From a virus: 64,000 nucleotides of DNA. Positions 36,026-48,700 of the stretch are shown here, piece after piece; the first letter of the stretch is position 1, and every line of letters starts with the position of its first letter. The stretch is from positions 31,395 through 95,394 of IMG/VR virus record IMGVR_UViG_3300032323_000793; one strand, given 5' to 3'. Under the pieces are notes generated by a model. It saw only the letters and a program-made list of their open reading frames with translations, made no database searches and was not told where the DNA came from. Position numbers and translations under genes: made by a program.

Positions 36026-36694
36026 TTACACCTCAACGAAACTAGTTAGACTCTGTATTCTAATCGTGTAATCGATTTGTAAAAGTCTGTTCAATGATTT
36101 TTGCACAGGATGAAATATAACATGTGTTAGAAGTTTTCCTGTTCCGTCTGGGTTGTAACTGCGCAAACCTAATTCATCGAATACAAAATTTCCGCTCATA
36201 TCTACAGAATTGTCAAATGCCTGTTGGCCATCTGGTTCAGAATAATCAAGAACACAACTTACAATAATGTCGCTATAAGTAGCACCGCTAATATGGCGTA
36301 TTTCCATTTTGTTTCTTACAGGATCTGTATTATTAGCAGAATTTTGATCAATAACTTTGCTGTATGTTTGATTATACAAACTAGTATTAATACCTACAGT
36401 ATTAGTTGTTAGATATGTAATCAATCCTGTAGGATCTACTGTAGTTCCTCCATTGCCAAAAACCATTTCATATATGGTTCCCTGTCCTTGATTGCTCAAA
36501 GCATTGACCATGGCCACACTCATATTTTCGTAGTGGATGGCATTTCTTTTATCTATTAGGACTTCTCCGTTTTCTGGATCAAATATTTTGATATGTCCTT
36601 CGAAATGAAAACCCCCAGTTTCGTTGGGTTTTTCATATTTTTGTTGATTTTCGGGCTGATTTTCTATCATGTTTGGCTCTGATGATTTATTCAT
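36026..36694 (-). CDS. virion/baseplate structural protein (hypothetical)
   Basis: 222-aa ORF between the giant virion gene and the fibres; FDELGL...HVIFHPVQKSLNR. Confidence 0.7.
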   Translation of the reverse strand: MNKSSEPNMIENQPENQQKYEKPNETGGFHFEGHIKIFDPENGEVLIDKRNAIHYENMSVAMVNALSNQGQGTIYEMVFGNGGTTVDPTGLITYLTTNTVGINTSLYNQTYSKVIDQNSANNTDPVRNKMEIRHISGATYSDIIVSCVLDYSEPDGQQAFDNSVDMSGNFVFDELGLRSYNPDGTGKLLTHVIFHPVQKSLNRLLQIDYTIRIQSLTSFVEV

Positions 36695-36699
36695 AGTAG

Positions 36700-36707
36700 T
36701 ATTTATT
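36700..36707 (-). promoter_or_regulatory. late promoter (AATAAATA), probably leaderless
   Basis: Overlaps the upstream stop codon; only 5 nt separate it from the ATG at 36694. Confidence 0.5.
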
Positions 36708-39700
36708 CGGGCAATTCGGTGCTACCCGCATCGATGAATTTTGCAATAGGAGTATTATTGTATAGCAAAGATATTCCTGTACTTGCAGTAGTTTCACCCT
36801 TGTCATACCAAATCCTACCTGTTTTGCGAACCACTGTTATCTTGGTTCCTGCTGGTACTGTTTCTGTTAATCTCACAAATGCTGTGGATCCGTCTACACT
36901 AAACTCTGCTTCAATCTGCTCATCTCCTGCAGGACTGCTTGCAGACAATTCTGAATTGTATAAATCGATAGGATTTTTTCTCAATCGTTTTCCGCCTACA
37001 AATACTTCTATAGTATCACATGGTCCATGAGTTCCTGGAATAGTTTCTCTGTACCATGAATTTCTTTGAGATTTAGCAGGAATAAAATCTAACGGACCTA
37101 TAGTTTGCGCAGCACCTACGGTCGAATCGTCCGGAGTTCCGTCACTTAAGAAGTCATTGGTAGATTCTGTATCTGTATAAGAAATAGTTTCACCGCTACC
37201 TGAATCGATTACATAACTTCCAATATCATGCGATTCTTTAATGGCAGTGCCTAAACTTCCTCTGCGTAATTGAGAAAGTACGGTGCCGTTTTTAGCAAAG
37301 TATTCAATACGTTCATTGTTAATAGTAACAACACCCGGAATATTCCTACTTAGAATTGGTTCAGATAATTGACTTGCATCTGATACTTCTATAGTAGTAT
37401 CGTAATAATTTAAGACCTTGGTTAACTTAATTGAATTTTTCTTTTGATATCTCTTATAGATATTGTTATTCAACATATCTTTATAGATTTCAAATGCTCT
37501 AGGTGGCTCATAAGTTTTTGTACCAAACTGTATAATTTTAATTAAATCGGTTCTAATTGTAGGATCTACTAGATAAACCACTCCTCTTGGCAACGACAGA
37601 TAATAATCTCTGTCTTTGGTTAATCTTTCTCCATTCTTATAAACCCATATATAGTTCACATCAATTGGATTTCTTGGCAATTGAAAATTTACTTTTCCGC
37701 CGCTAAATTCATCGCTGATAAGATCAAGTGTAGGATATTCACTAAACCATGTAATTGTGATCGGATCATTAACTGTTAGTGGCACTGAAGGGTCAATTAC
37801 TATATTGTTATTTTCTAGTCTATATTGAACTGCAAGATCGTTGGCAATTAATATCACATCACCTATCTCTAGAGAATCTTCATTTATAGTAAGTGTATTT
37901 GTATTACCGTCAAATATATAGTCAACAACGAATCTCTTCAACTGGCCGTTAATATAAACTTTAATAAATCCAGAAGTAATAGATCCCAATGACTCTTCTG
38001 GATCAGTACCTAGAATCAATGAATTATTTGTACCGTCATAGATCAAATAGTTACTATCCACATTACGCAGATATTCGCCATCAACTTCTACAATGATTGA
38101 AGATTGTGCGCTGTTTCTTCCTAGGTCAACAAATCTATCAAGATCAAAATTTCTATTTACTCCGTCGTAGAAAACTGTCTGTTGGTTAACTCTAATAAAC
38201 GGTACACCTGTTGAATCTGTTTGCGTAGAACTGCCAAAGCAAATTATTTTAACAACTTGTCTAAACTCAGGAGGTATACCAAACTGGATCATAGTTCTAT
38301 CTTTGGTATCTATAAAATCTCCGCTATTGACAAAACCTGTATCAATGGCTTGTCCGTCAACAGTAACCAATACTCTGGTAGTTTGATCGTAAACTGCTTT
38401 AGTTAAAAATAAATCAGTTGTGCCGTCTGCAATAAATTCTTGATAGTCTATTAAAGAAATGCCGCCAATTCCTACAGAAATAATTTCTATCACTGCGCCT
38501 GCAATTGGAGCAACAGCAAATTCTATTTGGTTATTAACAAAATCTATGGTATAATTTATGCTGCTGTCTTCTGCATAATCTTGTTTAACTTTATTAACAT
38601 AAACCATTACACCTGTACTTTCAAAGATATTTAAACCGATGTTAAATTTCTTAGTAGTGCCGTCTGCAATAATTACCTTATTTTGTAAACTTGCTGTACC
38701 GGGATCTTCTGTAGTAAACACTTTAAAACTAAGACTGTCTAAAACCTGTCCTGGTACATTTTCTTCTGGTGCTGGAACTTGATCAGGACTGATAAATTTA
38801 TCGCCGTCAATAGATATTTCTTCTGCTGTAATTCCTACAGCATTTACGTAGGCTCCGCCAATATTAGATAACGACCCTCCGGTGATCCTTGTGTCTAATA
38901 AATTAGCGTCAACTATGGTTACTGATCCGTCACTTTCTAATGTTCTAAAAATCAACGTGTCGCCGGGCTGTGTACTTACATAGGATCCTATTTCTATAAC
39001 TTTTGTAGACCCGTCTCCTATAAAAGTAGGCATTTGGGCGTTAGGATTAATAGACACCGAACTATCCCAAGATGGTGTCCATGCCGGGTCGTCTATCCTT
39101 GTGGATTTAGTTTCAGTTTCTCGTTTTAAGTAGACTGAAATAGCCTGATCAGGTGCTGGTGTAAAAGGCAATACAACAAAAGTTGTACTGCCATCTGCTG
39201 CATAATAAAAATCAGAACTTGATTCTACGCTGTCCCAATTATCCACAAACCAAGGAAGGGCATCCCAACCGCCAGTGACATCGAAGGTAGTACCTTGGAT
39301 TCTTACACCCCCAAAATCAATACCTGTCATTAATTGATTAGTTTCTTTTCCTAACATTCCCGAAGTGGGTGCATAGTATCTATTGATTCTATCCACACTA
39401 TCTAAAAGACTAGAATTAAATTCGTACTCGACTATTATTTGGTCTCCTGCTTTAGGCGGAGTTAAAAATCTAATTTTGCCTCTTAATAGATCAAATTCGT
39501 CCGTAGACGACTTATAAAGATCAATAACGTATTGACTTGAAAGTACTATTTGACTATTCAATGTTACGGTAATAAATCTCTTTTCTGTATTAGGTGCAAA
39601 TGCTAATTCAAAAATTGCACTAGATCCTGTTGCTGTAAATTCTTGAACTTTAGTATAAGAACTAAATGTTCCTGTTTTACTAATTCTATCAAATTTTAAA

Positions 39701-42700
39701 TTTACATCAAAGGTTCTAACTAGAGATTTTCCTAAAATAGGAACTGCTTTAGCATTGTCAGGAGAACTGCCATTACCGCCAACTAATGAAACTGTAGGAG
39801 TCTTGGTATAACCGCTGCCTTCATTTATAATTCTTACTGCTCTAACTTGACCATTAGAAACATAAGCAATACCTGTAGCACCTTGACCGTCACCTTCTAT
39901 TAATACCGTTGGGGCAGAAACATAACCACTGCCTCCGTTGGCTACTTCAACAGCAACTATACTGTATCCTTTGTTATCGTCCCAAGACTTCCAAGGGTAT
40001 TCATTAAATCTATTATAATCCTCATTAACTGGTAAAATTCTACCGTCAACAGTGGAGTAAGCAGCAGGTAAATCAAAATCTGTAGTTGCTAGGCCGCTGT
40101 TTTGTTTTTCTGTATATCTACTTGTGTATTCTCTAATAGTAGTTTTATATGGTTTAATTTCTTCGATATACTGTTTATAACTGTCAAGATTATCATTTTT
40201 ATAGGTAGGTCTTTGATCAAGATCTCCTACATTGTGTATAGCATTTAAGAAACTAGTTTTAAATAACCAGTCTGCACTAGTTTGTTCTGCTAGAGAATAT
40301 TTGACAGAATTAAAAAATAGTTTATTCCACTCAACTCTCAAGTCATCTACAAAAATATCATTCTTAACAGCATCTAGTATAATTCTTAATTCTTTGATAG
40401 GCTGTATATCGTACAAATTAGAATCGTAGGCGCCAGTTCCGTCATAGCCTAATCTATTACTAATAGAATTATACAGCAACGGTTTAATCTGCAATGTGCC
40501 GTTTTTTCTACCAACTAGATTATAATTGCTTAATAAGTTTCCGGCACCATCTTCAGTCTTTTGAATTACTGCCCATCCGCCGCCAGAATATTCTTTGATT
40601 CTTATCAGTTGATCTACTTCTACTAATACAGTAGGTTCTTCATAGATATTGGTGATTTCTTTTATAACTTTAACTTGGTTGTCAAACCCTTCAGCCCACC
40701 AGTCTACATATTCCCAATATCTTGTAACATCGTAACCTTGAGATTTGCTTCTAAAAAATGTTTTTCTAACATCATCCCAAGAATAGATACTCCAAAAATT
40801 ATTATAACTGCTGTCTGATTTAATTAGCACAGAGAATGCTCTAATTTTTACCAGTGCAGAGGTGTACTTTTTACCTCTAGCGGTAACCGTAATAGAATTT
40901 ATCTTACCTTGATTATCTATGGTTACTTCGGCCTTGGCGCCTGTGCCTGTGCCTTCAATTTCTATATAAGGAATTGTTCTATAACCAAATCCAGGATTAA
41001 TAATATCTATAGTATCAACTTCGCCGTTGATAATATTAACACTAAATTCTGCCTTGCGGATTCTTGTAGTACCCACTTGTGACAAATCTACCAATGTATC
41101 TATTGCAGTATCGTATTCATTTAATGCTTCGTTAGGTAAACCGTCTACGCTTCCTAGTCTTCCAAAATTAATAAGATCAGTAAATGGCCTTGTAATTAAT
41201 ATATTGTTAATATAGTTAATGGCTCCTTCAAGAGCAACTGCTTTATCAACAAACATACTCTGTCTTGGTCTAAATTTTAAACCATATCGCTGTCTCTGAG
41301 GAATTGAAATATCAGGAACAGCGTTACCAGCAAGATCGTAACCAACAAGACTATCTAACCATTTTCTTTCTAAAATTTCTGCAGGTAAACTATCAGCAAT
41401 GCCTTCTGTGAGCAATTGATACTCTTTGTGGCTTTGATTAATTCTTCCCTGCGATGTCAAATATTCTATATTCAATAATGCAGTATCAGAACTTATGATT
41501 GTTGGTAAATTGTAAGCCAATAGTTTATCTGAATCTATTAAGGCTATGAACGGTAAGCCTGTACCGATTGGGCTAGAAATATAGTTGGTCACTGCGCTAA
41601 TAGAAATTTTTCTATTTGCTGATTCAGGTAATGTATTTTTGTTTTTTACCCAGAAGTAATATTTTGTGCCAACTTGCTCGCCTGTATTTGAATTGAATAA
41701 TATCTTTGTGTTATAAACACTATCGTCGGGATGTTTGGGCTGGCCTGAAATTCCCTCGGCAAGGCCTTCTACAGTATCGGCTAATAAAGACCACTCAGAC
41801 GGTAATAATAGAGATTCAACCCATTCGTAGACATCTACTACGGAACCAGCAGCCTGCACATTCCAATTACCTATTCTATAAGCAAGATCTCCTTGCTCAT
41901 AATTTATAAATTTAATTGTACTAAGATCCCACCATACTCGACCTACATTTTTTTCATACCATGCCTGGGACTCATCTATAACTTGGTCTGTGGTAGCCAA
42001 GATATAAATTGCTGGGTCATAGGGAGTTTTCCAAGTTATTTCTTGATCTGCTACTCCTAAGATTTTCATCTTATAGCCATCAATAATATCAATATCGGCT
42101 AATTTAATATCATTTATGTTGTTATACAATTCAACATTTTTGATTTTATTAATATCTACTAGTTTTGATTCTTCTGCAAGTGTTTTAAGACTGTTAATAT
42201 TAACAGGCTTCTTGAATAGTCGTATGTTACCTTTTGTTATATCGTCAACTTTAAATCTAGGACTACCTACTACTATTACGTTGCCAACACAGTCAATAGA
42301 TTCACCAAAACTTTCATTTGGTATAAAATCAGTATCTAATTTTTCAACAAGGAAATATCCTTCAGACTTTCTTTCAAATACATAGGCCTGTCCTGGGAAT
42401 CCTTGAGAATCTTTGAATACAGTTTTATTTTTATCAAATGTTATTCCTTGATTAAATCGTGTGATTAAATCAAAAGGAGAATTTTTAGCACCTACAACAA
42501 TACGTTCAGTATTAGGACTAATAGAAATTGCTGAACCAAAATACTCGTTAGTCAAGTATTCAAAACTGGTTAGTTTCTGCACCAGCCTAAATTCTATATC
42601 ATTTAAATCATTGGTTTTGAAAACGTATACAGCACCTTGTGTCTGAGAGAAAACATCGGCCTTAGGGCTGCTGATTACTAGAGTTCTTCCAGACGAATCT

Positions 42701-45700
42701 ATATCAAGAGCAAAACCAAACTCATCACCACTCATTATATTAACATCTGCTGTCGAATCATTGAGTTGATTAATATTTTGTTCAGTTATAGTTTGTACAA
42801 GATTATATCTGTTATTTTCGTCTCTCTTGTAGATATAAACTTTTCCTGATGTTTGGTATGTACTGTCACCTACGTTGACCCAAGGATTTCCAGCATCTGG
42901 AGGATTATTTAAAGTTTCGTCGTTGTCTGAGTCTATAACAGAAAATTTATGATAACCGCCTTGATATTTTACAACATCGTTAGGTTTATATTCGTTGTAG
43001 GGTTTCCACACTCCCCTGTAGTTTGCAAAATACTGTCCGTCTGAGGAAGGTGTGCTTACTACAAGAATACTGCCATCTCTACTCATAGTAGTAGAATGAC
43101 CAAATCTGTCGCCTTGCTTTACTAACTCGGCTTGTTGTGATGGTGTTAATAACCCTTCAATTAAAGTTGATCCGTCATCGTCTACAGATATATTTGTTGG
43201 CAGACTAAACTGTGTTGATACAGAGTCTAAACGTTTCCAATCGTTAGATTCTACAGATATAGTACTTCCGTCACCTAAATTGTCGTATAAGGCTTCATAA
43301 AAATTATTTTCATACCATACAATACTGCCCGCAGGATAGATTGTTCCAGGAGTAGAATCATATAATCCCATATACCTAGTATTTTCAAAGTAACTCCAAG
43401 AAGTTCCATTATAATAATAAAGATAAACTCTACCTTTACTGTCTAATGACCCTGGGGCTGAAATACTCATGTAATATTTGTTACCAGATACTCCAATACT
43501 AACACTGCTACCAAATTGCTCAAAATCTTCTTGGCGTGGGCTTACTAAACTAATACTTGGTTCCCACTGCTGATTGTTATAGGTATAAAGAGTTACCATA
43601 CCTTGTTCAAGGTATCCATCATTTCTACCAATGGAATTGGCTTCTACAAGAGTAGCGGGTTCCCAATCATCTGAATTGAAATTTATCGAACTTCCGTCAC
43701 CGACTCTTATATTAACTTTGGCTTTCCATAATCTGCCCTGCCAAAGAACAATTTCTCCGGCTAGATAACTTCTAATAGGTAGCAGTTCCTCTCGATAGGT
43801 ACTCTTAACACCGCTGGCTCGAGGCGAAGCCACCGCCAGCCACTTATAATCAGGGCTAACTGCTAATACTTCTCCAAAAACACCGTTGATGGCTGATTCA
43901 AACCCGTCGGGTACAGGAATAATTTGTTTAAGGCCAATGTTAGTAAATCCTGCAGAAACCTTATCAGTGTAAATCATTACAAAATTAGATTCGGGCAGAC
44001 TTGCGGCTATCTGTTTAGTCGAATCAATGTACACTACAGCCTTACCTAACCCTCTAGGATCAGTGATACCATATTGTAATAATGTAAAGTCAACATATTG
44101 TTTGGACTTTTCTACAACTTCCCACGTCCCAGTACCTGAATCATCTACCCATAACTTAGAACCTTGTTTTAACAATGCAATTTCGCCCTTGTTCATAGAT
44201 TCGTATGTAGGATATCTCACAGTCCTAAACAAACCTAATGCGGCTGATGAACTGTCTATAATTTCAACGGGATCAGTTGAAGTTGGGGTTACTACAAAAG
44301 TATCGTTTGTAACTTCTAATAATTTAAAGAAGCCTGTGAGATTTTGTATCTGTATACCAACAATATCGTCTGCTAATAGTCGATGCGGTCTATTTGTCAG
44401 GCATCTAATATTTTGTCCGTCTTTGATAACACCCACTACTGACAAGAAAGGATCTTCATTGTATCTTAAAACAGTCCAAGAATTTTTATCAAAAGTAATC
44501 CATATATTTGAATTATCTTTTACTTCATCTATATTAAGATTTAGAATTTCATCTCTAGATTTTATAGAAATATCAATGTGATCTAATTTAACATATCCGG
44601 CATTTCTGCTAGGGCCGTCATAATAAATCAACGGATTAATTTGTGTAGTAAACGGTATTGGTCTGAGAGTAAAACTACTAGAGTATATTCTATAATATTG
44701 ATCTTCTACTGAAGTTTTTTCTACTCCAGAGTCTAACAATATCGGCTGCGGATTAACTACAAATCTATCTTTGTCTATTTGGAATTCATATTCTGTAGTT
44801 TGATCTATTCCACCCACATCGCCTAATTTAAATGCCCATTCTTCTTTGAGTACAACACTATCGTCAGAAGTTCTACTTAACTTATCAAAAACTTTAACAA
44901 TGGCATTGGCTGTGCCTTTTTCTCTAATAAAACCTTGATACAATTTAAATTGTGTTACTTCATCCTCAGCAAGGTTTTGTAAATATTCTCTCTGCTGATA
45001 GCCGATGGCATGCCTTGCTAGGTCTCTTTGACTAGATCCTATACCTGATGTGTCGGCTTCATAATAATCTTCAAATTGTGTAATTCTATAATCAAAATTA
45101 GAAACTAGCCCTTTAGTTGGGGTTGAATCTAATTTGGTCCAACGTTTATCGTCAAATTCTACAGAGCCTAATTGATTAACTTTGCTAGTCCAATAATAGG
45201 ATTTATATGCTACTATGTCTCCTAATTTGTAATCAGTAAATGGTTGCCATACGCTGATATCAACTGCGTCAAATATAAATCCAGGGCTGGTATAATCTCC
45301 GTCCCAATCTACTGTACGGAATCCGCGACTCTTAATACGCTCTTGACGATAGCCAGTTGGCTTATCATAGATAACATCATTAAACACTGTTCTATCAGAA
45401 AATACTGTGATATTTTCTTTTAGCACCATATTAAATTTAACAAAATAGATACCGTCATTAGTATCCGCTGTTGAAATGTTAACTGTTCTAAAACTTCTAG
45501 TTACATTTATATTCGAAGGATTTAAAGGAGTACCGTCATTTTTAAGAACTTGATAATCATAAAAACTATCTAAAAGATTATCAGCCACACCCAAAGTAGT
45601 TACTAGATTTACTCTCTTGGCAGCAGGGCTCAATGCTATTAACGAACCTATACTCCAATTGTGTCTAGACCAGAACATAAACTCTTTAACAGAAGTGTTC

Positions 45701-48700
45701 CAATCCTCTGGCTCTTTTAATTCAGTGTTATAAGAATCAAAAACAAAACCAATAGATTTTAGATATTCTTGGTAACCTAGAATAAAATCTACTACTGTCT
45801 GTATATCAGAAAATACTGTGTCATATGGCAGTTCTTTAATTTTTATAGTATTAAATGTTCTGCGATTAAATGCAGTCACAGCATTTTTCAGTGGTAGGGC
45901 TGGCAGTTGTTGCCAATTAAACTTTTCAAAAGAGTCACTGCTGTTATGACTCTTTAGTGATCTATAGAAAAATCCTTGATATCTAGCAATGATACCATTA
46001 CCGTAAAATTGATTAGGTATCCAATCTACAAAGTCTTCGCTAACTCCGCCCACTGATATTAAACTATCATTCTGAGATTGTACAGGTTGATAATAATAAA
46101 AAATAGGTTTTTCTCTATCGTATCCTGATAGTTTCCATCCCCTATTGGTCTTTTCAATTAATATTCCACTGTAGGCTACTGTACCAAAAGGACTGCTGAC
46201 ATTAAAAATAATATCATAGTTTTCTACTGGCACAAATATTGAACTTGAGGAAGCCTTTGGATTTTTACTATCTAATACATATTTTTGTTGAGCAGCATCA
46301 ACGAAACCAGAATTTCTAGAAGCCAATCTTACATCAATATTTTTAATCTTGTCTTGTAAAATATCAGTGTTAAGAGTTTTATTTTTTAGATAATCAACAA
46401 CATACAAATGTAACCCTGATGCTGTTTTATTTTTTTCATAAAAAACTAAATCATTAATAGTAACAAATAGGTCAGAATCAATATTTGTAATTTGATTAAT
46501 TTTATTTCTTACTACATTAGATTTATTAAAGTTGTCTGTAATAAACTTAAATGGTTTTAATAAGCAAAGAGATATTACTACAGCATAGGGCCATTCTGAA
46601 CTTGATCTCCATGCAAATTCTACAGGACCTCGATCTCCTAAGACAAAAGGTCCTTGATTATTAATCAAACTATAATCATTAGCAAGACTTGAATTTAAAG
46701 GATCTAATAATTTTCCGTCGGCGTCTACTGGAATATGTGTCAACAACGAAGGACGTTTGTATCTATCGTATATTCCTTTTCTTAGACCTTGACGAACAAT
46801 ACCGTCACGCAAATCTTCCCACAAGATTAAATTGTTACTAGTATAAGGTGCTGGTCCATATTCTGATTCCCACCAGTCTGGTTTTTCTGAGAATCCCAAC
46901 ATTTCCCAAGGACATGTGTGAGGTCTAGTTGTGTCATAGAACCACTCATATACTCCTCTCCAATAACCTGGCAGATTTTTAGATCTGCTAGGATCTGTCA
47001 TGTTTGAATAGGTGTAGGTAAAAGGATTTTCTGTGTCTATATAATTGTTATTAATATAATCTATATTAGTATCAGAAATCCATTTGAGAAATTCTACGTT
47101 AGTAATCCTGTCAAGATCTTGTTTGGTGAATTCAGCATTTCCGTAATATCCTCCCAATTCTTTGTCAATGTCAAAAACATTTTCATCGTATTGCTGTTTG
47201 ATATTATTGTATATTCTTAATTCTAATTCTAATAAAATATCATCTCTAAAATCGCCATAGGCAGTTGTTATACTACCGTCGTGGCCTTGTATAACTTCTT
47301 TAGGTTGTGCATAAGTATCATCTAAAAATTTCATTGGAAGATACTTTTTGTATAATCCCAATTTAGTAGGTGTTGGCGGTATAAAATTTACTGCTGTTGA
47401 TACATATTCTCTGATTTCTATTTCGTCGCCTTCTGCTAGATTTATGTTTAGTAAAACAAAACCAAAAGTAGAATTAAAAGTATAATCAATGCCGTGTATT
47501 AATTGCTGAGAATTTTGGTATACATAAACTGCTCGTTCGCTAACTGTTTCGAGATCAAATTTCTCAGAAAGGGCAAAAGTTTTAATTCCCTCGTCTTCTA
47601 CTGTGTATCTTAAAACTGTACACGCACCACTGCCTACCATGTCGCTGCCAGAGAACGGATTGGCAGATGTTAAATTATTACTAATTTCGTTTAAAATTGT
47701 ATCAACAAAATCGTTAGTTTTCTGATTCAAATACAACTCATTTGCTAATTTAATAAAACTATTTTTAAAATCTGTGTAAGATCTTTTAGCAAACTGTAGA
47801 GATTTAATAATGTTAATATCTTTGTCACACAACAATACCATGGCCAAAGAAGCGGGACCCGAGTGTTTTAAAAATCTCTTAGCAAATTGCTGATATTGAG
47901 AAATGTCTCTAAGATTGCTTGATCCAGGGAAGGTGCCTACAATCTCATCTTTAAGTTCTAATGCAGTACCTAGATGGTCAGATGCCTGTCCTAATGTGAA
48001 ACTAGTAATATTTGCGTTTAAAGGATTTTTTTCTAATCCTAAAGGAATTTCATAATATCCAGTGTCTGGCGGTATGTCTGAGTAAATTTTAAAAGTTACA
48101 GTATCTCCAGCACTAAATTTTTTAGAGAATACAAATTTATTTCTTGTTCTAACATACGAAACAGTACTCTTAATTCCATTAACCAAAATCACTAATTTTT
48201 TAATTTGATTATCTTCTACTGAATTCCAGTCAATGGCCGTAGAAATAACTGTATCAGTTTCATTAACAATAACTGTAGTATCTAATACAGGCTGTGCAAA
48301 ATCAGGATCTAAAGATGTCCAAGAATTAGCATACTGATCTCGTTGATATCTGTAAAATCCTGTAGCAAGTTTTTTAGTTAAAATTTCTCTATCTATCTTG
48401 TAATCAAAACTATCGCTATCTAAATTAAAATTAAATTGAATATCTCCAACATTATCGATATTCAAATAACTTATAGCAAAACCTAACTCAGAATCAACAG
48501 GTCCATTACCTACTTTATAACTGACAATAGGGGTTCCTATAAAGGTACTAACTGGATAAACTTCTTGATCACCAAAACTGATTTCATTCTTGTCAAACAA
48601 ATCAAACAAAGGAGATTGATTGACTTTAGTCTTTGTTTGACTTTTTATCCAAGAGTCACCGTTATAATGGTACATCAGCCCTCGGTTGTTTTTTCCTCTT